Source: Mobula hypostoma (lineage: Eukaryota). From it: 64,000 nt of DNA. Positions within the stretch are counted from its first letter, which is position 1, and the number at the start of each line of letters is the position of its first letter. Below, one piece after another: positions 21,911 through 34,699 of the stretch. The stretch spans positions 141,360,001-141,424,000 of the forward strand of contig NC_086097.1 in assembly GCF_963921235.1 (NCBI RefSeq), given 5' to 3'. The position numbers and the translations under genes were made by a program. The notes below the pieces were generated by a model that was given only the letters and a program-made list of their open reading frames with translations, had not been told where the DNA came from and searched no databases.

Positions 21911-24900
21911 AGCTTAGTGAATATTGAAAACCAGAGTGCAGAAGACAACAAACTGTGCAAATGTAAATATAAATAAATAGCAATAAATAACGAAAACATG
22001 AGATAATGAGATAAAGAGTCTTGAAAGTGAGATTATTGGTTGTGGGAACATCTCAATGGATAGGCAAGTGAGTGGAGTTCTGTTGAAATAGTTGTGGGAA
22101 AATTTCGATGACTCGGGCAAGGGAAGTTGAGTGAAGTTATCCCCATTTGTTCACGAGCCTGATGGTTGAGGGGTAGTAACTTCTTTTGAACCTGGCAGTG
22201 CTAGTCCTGAGGCTCTTGTACCTTCTACCTGATGGTAACAGTGCACTTTGCTTGTTAGGGAAAATATTACAGCAGTACTCAGGCAGGACAGATTAGAGGG
22301 CTTGTCTACTGAGTTCTTATAGGTGGAGCTGAGAAACAGGAAAGGTATGGCCACATTAGTGAGATTGTATTACAGACCACCCAATAGTCAACGAGAATTG
22401 GAAGAGCAAATCTGCAGAGAGATAGCAGGCAACTGCAGGAAACATAAAGTTGTGGTAGTAGGGGATTTTAATTTTCCATATATTGATTGGGACTCCCATA
22501 CTGTTAGGGGTCTAGATGGTTTAGAGTTCGTAAAATGTGTTCAGGAAAGTTTTCTAAATCAATATATAGAGGGACCAATTAGAGGGGATGCAATATTGGA
22601 TCTCCTGTTAGGAAACGAGTTAGGACAAGTGACGGAAGTCTGTGTAGTGGAGCACTTTGGCTCCAGTGATCATAACACCATTAGTTTCAACTTGATCATG
22701 GACAAGGATAGATCTGGTCCTAGGGTCGAGGTTCTGAACTGGAAGAAGGCCAAAATTGAAGAAATGAGAAAGAATCTAAAAAGCGTTAATTGGGACAGGT
22801 TGTTCTCTGGCAAAGGTGTGATCGGTAGGTGGGAAGCCTTCAAAGGAGAAATTTTGAGAGTGCAGAGTTTGTATGTTCCTGTCAGGATTAAAGGCAAAGT
22901 GAATAGGAATAAGGAACCTTGGTTCTCAAGGGATATTGCAACTCTGATAAAGAAGAAGAAGGAGTTGTATGACATGTATAGGAAACAGAGAGTAAATAAG
23001 GTGCTTGAGGAGTATAAGAAGTGCAAGAAAATACTTAAGAAAGAAATCAGGAGGGCTGAAAGAAGACATGAGGTTGCCTTGGCAGTCAAAGTGAAGGATA
23101 ATCCAAAGAGCTTTTACAGGTATATTAAGAGCAAAAGGATTGTAAGGGATAAAATTGGTCCTCTTGAAGATCAGAGTGGTCGGCTATGTGCAGAACCAAA
23201 GGAAATGGAGGAGATCTTAAATAGGTTTTTTGCATCTGTATTTACTAAGGAAACTGGCATGAAGTCTATGGAGTTAAGGGGAACAAGGAGTGAGATCATG
23301 GAAACTATACAGATTGAAGTCCTTGCTGTCTTGAGGAAAATTAAAGTGGATAAATCCCCGGGACCTGACAGGGTGTTCCCTCGGACCTTGAAGGAGACTA
23401 GTGTTGAAATTGCAGGGGCCCTGGCAGAAATATTTAAAATGTCGCTGTCTACGGGTGAAGTGCCGGAGGATTGGGGAGTGGCTCATATTGTTCCATTGTT
23501 TAAAAAAAGGATCGAAAAGTAATCCGGGAAATTATAGGCCGGTAAGTTTAACATCGGTAGTAGGTAAGTTATTGGAGGGAGTACTAAGAGACAGAATCTA
23601 CAAGCATTTGAATAGACAGGGACTTATTAGGGAGAGTCAACATGGCTTTGTGCGTGGTAGGTCATGTTTGACCAATCTCTTGAAGTTTTTTGACGAGGTT
23701 ACCAGAAAAGTGGATGAAGGGAAGGCAGTGGATGTTGTCTACATGGACTTCAGTAAGGCCTTTGACAAGGTCCCGCATGGGAGGTTAATTAGGAAAATTC
23801 AGTCGCTAGGTATACATGGAGAGGTGGTAAATTGGATTAGACATTGGCTCAATGGTAGAAGCCAAAGAGTGGTAGTAGAGAATTGCTTCCCCGAGTGGAG
23901 GCCTGTGACTAGTGGTGTGCCACAGGAATCAGTGCTGGGTCCATTGTTATTTGTCATCTATATCAATGATCTGGATGATAATGTGGTAAATTGGATCAGC
24001 AAATTTGCTGATGATACAAAGATTGGAGGTGTAGTAGACAGTGAGGAAGGTTTTCGGAGCCTGCAGAGGGACTTGGACCAGCTGGGAAAATGGGCTGAAA
24101 AATGGCAGATGGAGTTTAATACAGACAAGTGTGAGGTATTGCACGTTGGAAGGACAAACCAAGGTAGAACATACAGGGTTAATGGTAAGGCACTGGGGAG
24201 TGCAGTAGAACAGAGGGATCTAGGAATACAGATACAAAATTCCCTAAAAGTGGCGTCACAGGTAGATAGGGTTGTAAAGAGAGCCTTTGGTACATTGGCC
24301 TTTATTAATCAAAGTATTGAGTATAAGAGCTGGAATGTTATGATGAGGTTGTATAAGGCATTGGTGAGGCCGAATCTGGAGTATTGTGTTCAGTTTTGGT
24401 CACCAAATTACAGGAAGGATATAAATAAGGTTGAAAGAGTGCAGAGAAGGTTTACAAGGATGTTGCCGGGACTTGAGAAACTCAGTTACAGAGAAAGGTT
24501 GAATAGTTTAGGACTTTATTCCCTGGAGCGTAGAAGAATGAGGGGAGATTTGATAGAGGTTTATAAAATTATGATGGGTATAGATAGAGTGAATGGAAGC
24601 AGGCTTTTTCCACTGAGGCAAGGGGAGAAAAAAACCAGAGGACATGGGTTAAGGGTGAGGGGGGAAAAGTTTAAAGGGAACATTAGGGGGGGCTTCTTCA
24701 CACAGAGAGTGGTGGAAGTATGGAATGAGCTGCCAGACGAGGTGGTAAATGCGGGTTCTTTTTTTAACATATTTGAATAAATTGGACAGATACATGGATG
24801 GGAGGTATATGGAGAGATATGGTCTATGTGCAGGTCAGTGGGACTAGGCAGAAAATGGTTCAGCACAGCCAAGAAGGGCCAAAAGGCCTGTTTCTGTGCT

Positions 24901-25440
24901 GTAGTTTTTCTATGGTTTCTATGGTTTCTAAAAGAGCATGACCTGGGCGGTAGCAATCTCTGATGATGGTTGCTGCTTTCCTACGACAGCGTTTCATGTG
25001 GATGTGCTTAATGGCTGGGAAGGCTTTACCGGTGATATAATAGACCGAATCCATTACCTTTTCTAGGATTTTCATTCAAAAGCATATGTTTTTCCATATC
25101 AGGCCATGATGCAGCTAGTTAATACACTCTCCACTACACATCTAAAGGAGTTTGTCAAAGTTTTAGATGTCATGCCGATTCTTCGCCAACTCCTACGGGA
25201 AGTACAGGCGCTGCCGTGCTTTCTTCACAATTGCACTTATGTGCTCGACCCAGGACAGGTCCTCTGAAATAGTAACAGTAATAGTACTTTAAAGTTGCTG
25301 ATCCTGTCCACCTCTGATCCTCCGATGAAGACTGGCTCGAGGACCTTTGGCTTCCCTCTCCTGAAATCTACAATCAGTTTCTTATTCTTATTGACAATGA
25401 ATGAAAGGCTGTTGTTATTACACCACTCGGCCAAGTTTTA
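21911..25440 (-). mobile_element. Rex1/Babar-type LINE 3' fragment (21911-22240 and 24920-25440), split by a younger CR1
   Basis: Minus strand reads KK(A)RQRL(Y)FL..L.RIGMTSKTLTN.FRCVVES.LTSCI.AWYG-like text. The host sequence continues across the CR1 insertion. Confidence 0.7.
22240..24920 (+). mobile_element. Young 5'-truncated CR1 LINE; ORF2 (APE endonuclease part plus RT) with a +1 frameshift
   Basis: ORFs 22323-23522 (YYRPPNSQR, VVVGDFNFP, HFGSSDHN) and 23401-24780 (NYRPVSLTS, QHGFVRGRSC, GVPQESVLGP, KFADDTK) overlap at an A7 run near 23502. (ATGGTTTCT)n tail. Confidence 0.95.
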
Positions 25441-25539
25441 AATCTCCCTCCTGTACTCTAATTATGCAAAAGACAAACCGTGCAAATACTACAATAAAAA
25501 TGATTATGATGATAATAATAATAATAATAATAAAACAAT

Positions 25540-26130
25540 AGACATTAAAAATTTACACAACAGTCAGATAGGATAAATTTTAAGGATAAATTTTCATGAA
25601 CAAATCAGAATTCAGCACTCCACATGAGCAATTGCAATTCTGGTAAGAAGTACACACCACTAAACTTAAATGAGAGCACAACCCAGAAAATGAAGAAATT
25701 ATCACTGCTGAAGAAAAAGTTAACCAATGGAAGAGCATGACCATCCATAGAAGACATCCCCATGATCTGAGCAGTTTAACTCAATCTGGTTACTTTCACA
25801 GGAACAATCAAGTGGCAAACATCATTTACTAAAACCCTGTTTTAAAATACAATCTCGCAAAAGAAACCATACCTTACTAAAAATAGAAACTTGATCCAGT
25901 TTTAGAGTTAAAGACCGACAAATTATATTGTGACGGATCCGTTAGTACAGATAGGACAATCCATAATAACCACCCGGATATAATAATAATACAGGATAAA
26001 CAAGCAAGAAAGACTTACTTAATAGATATAGCATTCCAAGCACACATATTATACAAAAATCAATCATTGAAAAACACCAGAAATATGCTGAATTAAAAGA
26101 GAAAATTGAAAGACTATGGAACATGTTAAC
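25540..26130 (+). mobile_element. R4/Rex6-like non-LTR retrotransposon 3' remnant (REL endonuclease region)
   Basis: Decayed HNQVANII..NL.LKY and TDRTIHNN.PDII.QDKQARKTYLIDIAFPSTH.IQKSIIEKHQKYAELKEKIERLWNM, i.e. a PD..D REL motif. Confidence 0.7.
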
Positions 26131-26439
26131 CAAGCTGAGATATCATAATGCAGAGCAAGCTTTCTATTTGCTGCTTCTGAATCACCATGTGTTATCATTT
26201 CAATAGGTACATTTAATGTCAGAGAAATGTATATAACATATATCCTGAAATTCTTTTTCTTCACAAACATCCACAAAAACAGAGGAGTGCCCCAAAGAAT
26301 GAATGACAGTTAAATGTTACAACCCCAAATCCCTTGAAAATGTGTATTGAATGTAGATTCTTATTGGTCAAAATTCAGCCTCTGAACTGAACTGTGGTTT
26401 CTTTTTACAAATGACCAGACACCTAACACTGTTTAGCGA

Positions 26440-27400
26440 GCATTAGTAGACGTACATGATTCACCATCCTCCAACCTGCATGAAATCTGACTACAAATCT
26501 GCTTTCAATACTCTTATTCCCAGCAAACACATCACCAATCACCAGACCCTGGGAGTTAATGCTTCCCTCCAGAACTAGATCCTTGACTTTGTGACCAACA
26601 GACCATGATCACTAAGGATAGGCAGCAACACATCTGCCACGATTAGTCTAAACACTGACACTCCACAAAGTTGGATCCTCAGCCCCCTACTTTACCCTCA
26701 TGACTGTGTGGCCAGATTCTGCCCTACCTCCATCTACAGGTTTTCAGTTGACACCTCTGCAGTGGGCCTCATCTAAAATAACGATGAGTTGAAATACAGG
26801 AAGGAGGCAGAGAGTTTAGTGACAAATTATCATGACAACTATCTCAAAGCCAGCAAAACAAAATAACTGGTCATTGACTTCAGAAAGGCGGGGGATGCAC
26901 ATGCTCCTGTCTACATCAATTGTGTTGAGGAACAGAGGATAGGGAGCTTCAATTTCCCAACTGTGCACATCATCAATATCCTATCCTGGTCCAATCACGT
27001 TAATGTCACAGCTAAGAAAGCTCATCAACGCCACTGCTTTCTCGGAAGGCGGAAGAAATTCGGCACGTCTCCGTCGGCTTTTTCCATATTTTTCGATGCA
27101 CAATAGAAAGCACTTTGTCTGGTTGCATGGCGACCTGGTATGGCAGCTGCTCTGCACGTGACCACAAGAAACCATAAAGTTGTTGGCACTGAACAGCACA
27201 TCACGAAAACCCTCCCCTATATGAACTCTGCCAATGCTTCCTACTGCCTCAGTAAAGCGGCTAACCACCCCAGATGTTCCCTCTTTTACCCCTCTTATCG
27301 GGAAGAAGATACACAAGCCTGAAAGCATGTACCGCCAGCTCAAGGACTGCTTCTATCCCACTGTTAATGGCCTCCTGAACAGATCTCTTGTACGATAAGA
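26440..27400 (+). mobile_element. Rex1/Babar-type LINE RT fossil
   Basis: SAFNTLIPSK.IT, ILDFVTNRP, TP.SWILSPLL, HDCVARF, KKAHQRHCFLGRRKKFG-like motifs. Confidence 0.7.
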
Positions 27401-27669
27401 TGGTTCTACCTTGTTATAGTCTTGCTCCTGCACTGCACTATTTTGGTAGCTTTTACGCTTTATTCTGCATTGATATTGATTTACTTCATTCTAGCTCAAT
27501 ACTCCGTGTAATGATTTGATCCTTATAAATAATATGCAAGCAACCATCTTGATACATTTGGCGATAAGAAACCAATACCAATACTGATAATTAAAGCTTC
27601 ATGGTGAATTTGTTGTGTCTTCACAGGCTACGATCCCACTAGTCTGGCATTGATCGCCTGGGGTGGGGG

Positions 27670-28640
27670 GAGAGGCGCTATTATGTCAGTTGAGGCATTG
27701 GTCGTGTGGATAGCCAGAGGCTTTTTCCCTGGGCTGAAATGGCCAACACGAGGGGGCATAGTTTTAAGGTGCTTGGAAATAAGTACGAGGGGTATGTCGG
27801 AAGTAAGTTTTTCACACAGAGAGTGGTGGATGCGTGGAATGCACTGCCAGCGACAGTGGTAGAGGCGGATGCACTAGGGTCTTTTAAGAGACTCTTAGAC
27901 AGGTACATGGAGCTTAGAAAAATAGAAAAATTTTTAAAATGCGATAGGGAAAAACTAGACAGCTTCTGGAGTCGGTTACATGGTCGGCACAACATTGTGA
28001 GCCGAAGGGCCTGTAATGTGCTGTAGATAACTATGTTCTATGAACAGGGTATACATTGTCCCGATAGTAATATCTACAACTGTTATCATCCTGAAGGTAC
28101 TACACGATAGCACGCCACTAGAATACAACATAGAACATAGCAGCAGCTTTGGGTGTTCTGTGGACATGGACCCCAAGATCTCGCTGATCCTCCACACTTA
28201 GCTGGATTGAACTCCATCTGCCACCTCAGTCCACTTCTGCATTCTATCGATGTCCCTCTGTAACAGCTGACAGCCGTCCAGACTATCCACAACACCCCCA
28301 AACTTTTGATTCATTGGAAAACTTACTAACTTACTTTTCTACTTCCTTATCCAGGTCATTTATAAAACTCACAAAGAGGAGGGGTCCCCAAACAGATCCC
28401 TGCGGAATACCACTGGTCACCGACCTCAATGCAGAATACGAACCATCCACAACCACCTTTTGCCTTCTGTGGTTGTCAATTCTGGATCCGCAAAGCAAGG
28501 TCTCCTTGGATCCCATGCCTCCTTTCTTTCTGAATGAACCTCACATTGGAAACCTTACCAAATACCTTACTGAAATCCATATACTCTGCATCCACTGCTC
28601 TACCTTCATCAGTGTGTTTTGTTACATCAAACAATAGCCC
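27670..28640. mobile_element. Two CR1 fragments (27670-28030 on +, ~28100-28640 on -)
   Basis: NTRGHSFKV...FFTQRVVDAWNALP on +; VTSGIPQGSVWGPLLFVSFINDLD on -. Confidence 0.8.
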
Positions 28641-29299
28641 GTGAGTTCCTAGCAATTGAGGAGTGAGTGTATTTGGTTATGCCCGTACCTCAGGTTTTAC
28701 CAGCTTGAGCCAAGAAAAAAATAATAATAATAAACAAAAAAATTATACTGAGAGTATGAGTTTTAGAGTTCTTGAGTCCACGGGCTGTGGAATCAATTCA
28801 GTAAGTGAATTTACCCCCAATGCTTCAGAAGGGATGGTAAGACATTCATATGAGGGAGAAGAGGATAATGGGTTCCACTGATAAGAACTGAGAGGAGGGT
28901 CATGTGGAGCAGAAACACTGGGGTAAGGATTGGTTGTGGTGCATAGCCAGTTGCTGAGCTGCGGATCTCACGATAGCTAAAATATTATTTAGTGAAGCAA
29001 ACTCGATGGTCTGAATGGCTTAATTCTGGTCCCATCTCTTATGGCTTATTATGATAAACTTTTACAAAAAAAAACCTGGTTTGACCTCACGAAGAGTATT
29101 GTCTCCAGTCTGGACACTGCAATCTATGATGAATCTCAAGGCCATAGAAAGATTGCAGCGGAAGACTACCGCAACACTACCAATGAAGTGGGAAAAAAAG
29201 AAAAAAATGCAGAATCTAGAGATGCTGCTCTCGTTCAAAAGATGATATAATAAAGATGCTCAAAGCTATAAATGTTGGTAAAAGAACAAACATTAAGAT

Positions 29300-29460
29300 A
29301 TTTGGCTCCTGTTGTTTTTCCTTTTCACGCCTTGGGGGCGAATCGGGCGACATTTTTTACAGTTTCCTTCGCTTTTTATGACGCCGAGTTGCTAGCCAGA
29401 TTCGAACCCGTAACTATTTGCCCCGATCTCCAGTGCTGATACCTCTACACCACCGGCCAG
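29300..29460 (-). mobile_element. tRNA-derived SINE head
   Basis: Minus strand GGCCGGTGGTGTAGAGGTATCAGCAC...GGGTTCGAATC (A-box and B-box-like). Confidence 0.55.
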
Positions 29461-30519
29461 CAACATTTGGCGCTGGTGAGCTATTACTTTAAATAGCTTG
29501 GGTCACTATTCAGAAAGGGTGTGTTTGAATTCGTTGCAATGTAGGCTTTAACATAGAATTTGGACAGGAAGCAGAGTTTCCACGAGCAGAGGTTAGACTG
29601 ACGAATAGACACTGGAATTTAGGAGAGGTGCTCTCACTGAGACCTAAGATTTTTTTAAGGGGGCTGAAATCACGAAGTTGAGTCCTCAGGCCGGACTCGG
29701 CTTTGTTATATCCAAATTAGAATCGCAAAGGTTTGAGACCTTTAGGGTTAAGCGGAAGAGAATTTTTTCTTTACAGAGTATTATAATTAGTTTTGAAATT
29801 CTCGAGTGCTGTGAATGTTCAGTTATTTTGTACATTCAGGCAGGGTTTCGCTGATTTTCGGACGTTGGGGGAATTGGACAATATAGATGAGAAAATTGAG
29901 ACACATCAGTCATGGTCTATGAATTTTAGAGCATGTTCAAACGTCAAATTGCCTAATATTTCTTCTATCGATGTTTTTGTATTTTTGGCAAAACAGGGCA
30001 AGTGAAGAGGACTTTGTTTTTAAAAGAATGAGTTTCGATGAGGAGTGCAGTACTTGAATCAAATGGAAACAATTCAATAGTAATGTTGAGACGGGAGTCG
30101 GATAGATTCTGAAAAAGAAAATATTACATGTTGTGACAATATCTGTTCACGAGTTCATAAATACCTTGTGCAACTGAGGTTTGAATTATTGTGCAGAATG
30201 GCAAACGGTTATTTTAGCTTTTCATACCACGGCGCGCCACTTCCTTTGCACAAAAACAGATACCTGATTAACAGTCTCCATAGCTGACTAAACAGGAAAT
30301 CATATTAATTTAATCATAAACTTTAATCTCTAGCTCTTAGCTTAGCTATGAAAGCTACCACGAGTAAACGGATAAAGGCGTGTCCATCTTTAATCTATTC
30401 ATTTACTTCAGAATTGGTATCTTTCTTCTATGAATAGCAAGCACATTTAGAGTCAGAGTCATACAGCAAGGATTTAGACTGTGGTCATCCCTAAGTTACA
30501 ATAGTCAATGTAATGATAA

Positions 30520-31410
30520 TCACCATGCAACTTAATATGCAGGTGGATTGGGAAAATCAGGTTGGTGATAGATCCCAAAATAAATATGTAGAATGCATAT
30601 GAAATTGCTTTTTAGAGCAGCTTGTAGTTGAGCCCACTAAGGAAAGGGCAATTCTGGACTGGGTGGGTGTTGCAAACAAGTGTAAGATGTATTTTGGCAA
30701 GATAAACAGTGGATAGGACTTACACAGTGAACAGCAGGGTAATGAAGAGCATGGTAGAACAGAGGGATCTGGGAATAGAGATTCATAATTCCTTGAATAA
30801 ATAGGGCTGTAAAGAGAGCTTTGGGCATGTTGGCATTGGGATATTATGTTGAAATTGTACAAGACATTTGGAGTACTGTGTGCAGTTCTGGTCACCTAAC
30901 TACATGAAAGATAACAATAACATTGAAAGAGCGCAAAGAAAATTTGCAAGGTTGTTGGCAGGACTTGATGACGTGAGATATAGGGTAAGATTGAATAGGT
31001 TAAGACTTCATTCCCTGGAGCATAGGAGAATGAGGGGAAATTTGATAGAAAAATATAAAAGTTTGGGTATATAGACAGGGTAAGTGCAAGCAGTCTTTTT
31101 CCACCGAGGTTGGGTGAGTGTAGAACTAAAGGCCATGGGTTAAGGATGAAAGATAAAATGTTTAAGGGGAACATGAGAAGGAACTTCTTAATTCAGAGGG
31201 TGGTGAGTGTATGGAAAGAGCTGCCAGTGGAAGTGATGGATGCAGGTTTATTTTCAGCATTTGGATGGATTGGATAAATACACGGCTGGGAGGGAGATAG
31301 AGGGCTATGGTTCAGATGCAAGTCCATGGCACTAGGCATGGCATTAGTTTGGCACAGATTAGATGGGCCAAAGGTCTGTTTCTCTGCTGTAGTGCTCTGT
31401 AACTCTAATG
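30520..31410 (+). mobile_element. CR1 LINE fossil
   Basis: EYCVQFWSPNYMKD...RLRLHSLEHRRMRGNLIE, followed by a CR1-like tail. Confidence 0.85.
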
Positions 31411-33592
31411 AACCAGATTCAATTAGAGAAAGCTTAGGGTAAAGGAAATTTTAGGACACAGTAATCACAGTATAGCTTTATGGTCATAATGGGCTAAATG
31501 GCCTGTTTATGTGCTGTGGTTTGACATTTGGCAGTCATATGACAGAGGTGAAGGAATATGCCAGAGTATGGCATTCAAATTATGCCAGAATAGATATTTG
31601 TTCTTTAGAAATTACCTTCTGGATCTACTCTGAACCATCCTATTCAGCAGTTACAGTACAACACAACAGAGGCTGTCCTGTGTGTGAAGCTGGGAAATTT
31701 TCTTTGTTACTACCAATGCTGTATTGGACACATGCATCTTCAAGGGACAAATTGGCAGATAAAATTAAGTAGGCTTGTACCTTGTGTTAGTTCACTTAGC
31801 ACCTGGCTCAGCCCAAGTCTCTATTCTTTGGTCAATGGTAATACTTCAATGCTTTGAAGAATTTATACAACTAAGACGACGAGCAGTAATGAACAAACAA
31901 ATCCACAGAGGTCAAGATAGGTAGTTGGTTGAAGAGCAACAGAATGAATTTTCTGAGCTTGCATATTAGAGAATGGATCACTAATCACAGCTGGAGTATA
32001 TAGTCAAAATGTTATGATGGAAGTTGCATAAACATTAAGCCAAGCACTGAATGGACATTCCTAAAATATTTCCCATTTTAATTACATTTTCTGAAGTAAA
32101 TATTAGTGAAACGATAATGCATTTATTACATTAATAAAACAAGTCATGACTGGAGATACAGATATTGCATGCAGAACTTTTTTGCACAGCTTTGCATTTG
32201 TTGACGTTTTTTTATTCAGACAATTATTTGTAAGCTAATCATAAAGTGATCAAACTGCTGACATTAAGCACAGAAGAAACTCAATTCTTTTGTGTAGAAT
32301 TAGACCTAGCATCACTAAGAAGCAGGACCATTTTTTTTCCATTCCATCACTATTCGATCTCATTCCCACTGTAGGATGTCTTTTTGAAAGACAGCTGACA
32401 GGGAAGAAACTCAATGAATAGAGATACAATAAAAAAAAATCACTGGGCTATAATCCACTGTTAGATATACATAGAAACATAAACATTAGGAATATTAATT
32501 CAGTTGGAACTTTACCTTAAAAATATGATCAGAATACAAATAGTGCAAGGTTGCAGACAGAAAAAACACATCAGCTGATAAATTGAACAGATAATTATTC
32601 AATCATTTTGAACAAAGAGCCTGCTCTTGAAGTTGTTTGAGATAAAACAATTAGAAATTCCAATAATTTGATTTAAATATAAAAACAGTTCTCAATTGCA
32701 ATTAAAAGTGGATATCACATATGAAATATGACGTAAATGCGCTTTGGGAATAGCCACTAAGTAATTCAGTATCAGTGCATGAACTGCAGTACTCCAATAT
32801 CTCACTGAATTGATTAACATTAAATAACTGATTTGCAAAACTTGTTTGAACAGGTGTACCTAATTGCACCATAACTTTACTTAAGACATCAAACTATATT
32901 AATAAAGCCAAATTATGATCATCACTTCAAATCAAAGCTATTACATTAATCTGTGCAAAACTGAGAATAATTAACAAAAGTACTCTTTAGATGCAGTATA
33001 TTCTCTGCCCACCATTCTACAACACTGCTCTCATTCTATGGGGAGCTGTGGACAAAGGAATCATCTGTTAAAGAGATATGCTACTAATTAACTCTCGTTG
33101 CCTCCTGTTGCCCTGGAAAGAGAAGATGCATCCTTACCAATTCTTGTTTATAATCAAACTTACAGCTGTCTCAGAGTTTTGAGAAGCCAAAATCTGATGG
33201 TCAAGTAAAGCACATATTTGATTCCTTCCTAGGTAGTGATTACTGAGTAGTGATTAAGAATTTAAAGACCTCAGTGCTGGAGGCAGGTTGTAGAAGAGCT
33301 TGAGAAGAGCTGGCTAGCCCATCTATATGCAGTTCAAAGGGCATGGAAGCTTCCTTAGGGCAGGGTCAGAAGACATGTTGCTTTACTGAAGCAAGGGAGG
33401 TTAAAAAAGACAGGTGTCTTCCTAGGGGTAGTGGTCAGACAATCTTGGTACAATATCATTGCAAAATCTTAACGTTTTCCACAGCTGCAGGAGAGAGATG
33501 AGCTAGGAACTGCTAGAGCTTTGCCAGGTACAATGTTCTTTATCAGAGAGTCTATTTGACTGCAATCAAATAAAATGCTGCTTTTTAAAACT

Positions 33593-34381
33593 TTTATTTC
33601 AACTATCACAAAGCATGGAATATTCTAGACCAAAGATGGGAATTTTGTACACCCCTAATCAGAGGGAGCTGGGTCACTGAGTGCTTAGCAGAGAGTGCTG
33701 CTGCTGAGTCTTGTTACAAGCTGCCGTACAGAACATGTTACTATTGTTAAGAAATACAAATAATTTTTAAGAAGCTTCCTTAATTCTGAAGAAAGTTATG
33801 ACATGCAGTGACACTCTGGGAACATGGGTGACAAACACATGCAGCAGGGCACTCATGCAGTGCTCCCTTTCATACTTACCTTTACAAATAAGGCAAAGTC
33901 TGAAAACAGTTCAGAACATTTTATCATTTACTGTGTTTGGCCAATTTCATTTAAAATAATGAAAGACCAAACACAAATAATCAAGAATCATAGTGCAACA
34001 TAATGCTTAAAATGAACAGGCCCAAATACATTGGACAGATAATCTAATCACACCCTTCAAAGTTATTTTAAATAGAATTATTAATCATGAATTAATTGAT
34101 TCCAAACCAAAATTACATATTTTGGAAACTAATCGTGCAGGATTGCGTGATTAGAGTATTGGTTTAGTAAAGGGAGGATAAAGAAGCCATTTCCAAGATG
34201 GCAGAAGGCAGTATAGCGATGAACTCCCAACAGCTGAAGGGTTCTTGAGCACAGTGAATCAAGTCTTGCTATTGGCTAAACACGGTCATACCCAAGAATA
34301 ATTCAAGTCTCAGGCGAATCTCAAAGCTCTGCTATTTCAAAGAGTTCCAATATTTGCTTCAGACTGAACTTTATCCACCTG
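33593..34381 (-). other. STARD3NL: Probable non-coding terminal (3'-UTR) exon of STARD3NL; 3' end not defined
   Basis: Strong minus-strand acceptor TTTCTTCTTGCTCTCTCTCCGCATCTCCCTCAG|CAG at 34382, with an otherwise unpaired donor at 40477. Candidate AATAAA on - at 33593, 32211 and 32122. Confidence 0.45.
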
Positions 34382-34699
34382 CTGAGGGAGATGCGGAGAG
34401 AGAGCAAGAAGAAATTACATTAGAACAATTTATACTTGGCTGAAAATACAATACTGCAATCAATGCACGGATCTATATAAAAATTTCAGTTTACATTTTC
34501 AGAAAGGACTAGTGAGCTGTAAAGAGGCGGAGAGGAGATTTTAAAAGTTGCAGCCTCTGGCAGTGAATAAAAGGAAGCCAGATTCTAGAGGAACAACCAT
34601 TTAGGAGCAGCTGTGTTTGAGGAATAATTGCTGGAACTTTGGCTCATGAGGCATCAGCGAGAGGCTGAGCTAAGATAAAGGTAAGAACAGGAAAGGTCA

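Noticed and set aside
29500-30400. CpG-rich unique segment as the gamma enhancer
   Set aside because: Only scattered Ets-like and imperfect RUNX motifs, much weaker than the cluster at 39.7-39.9 kb. Not excluded, but unsupported.
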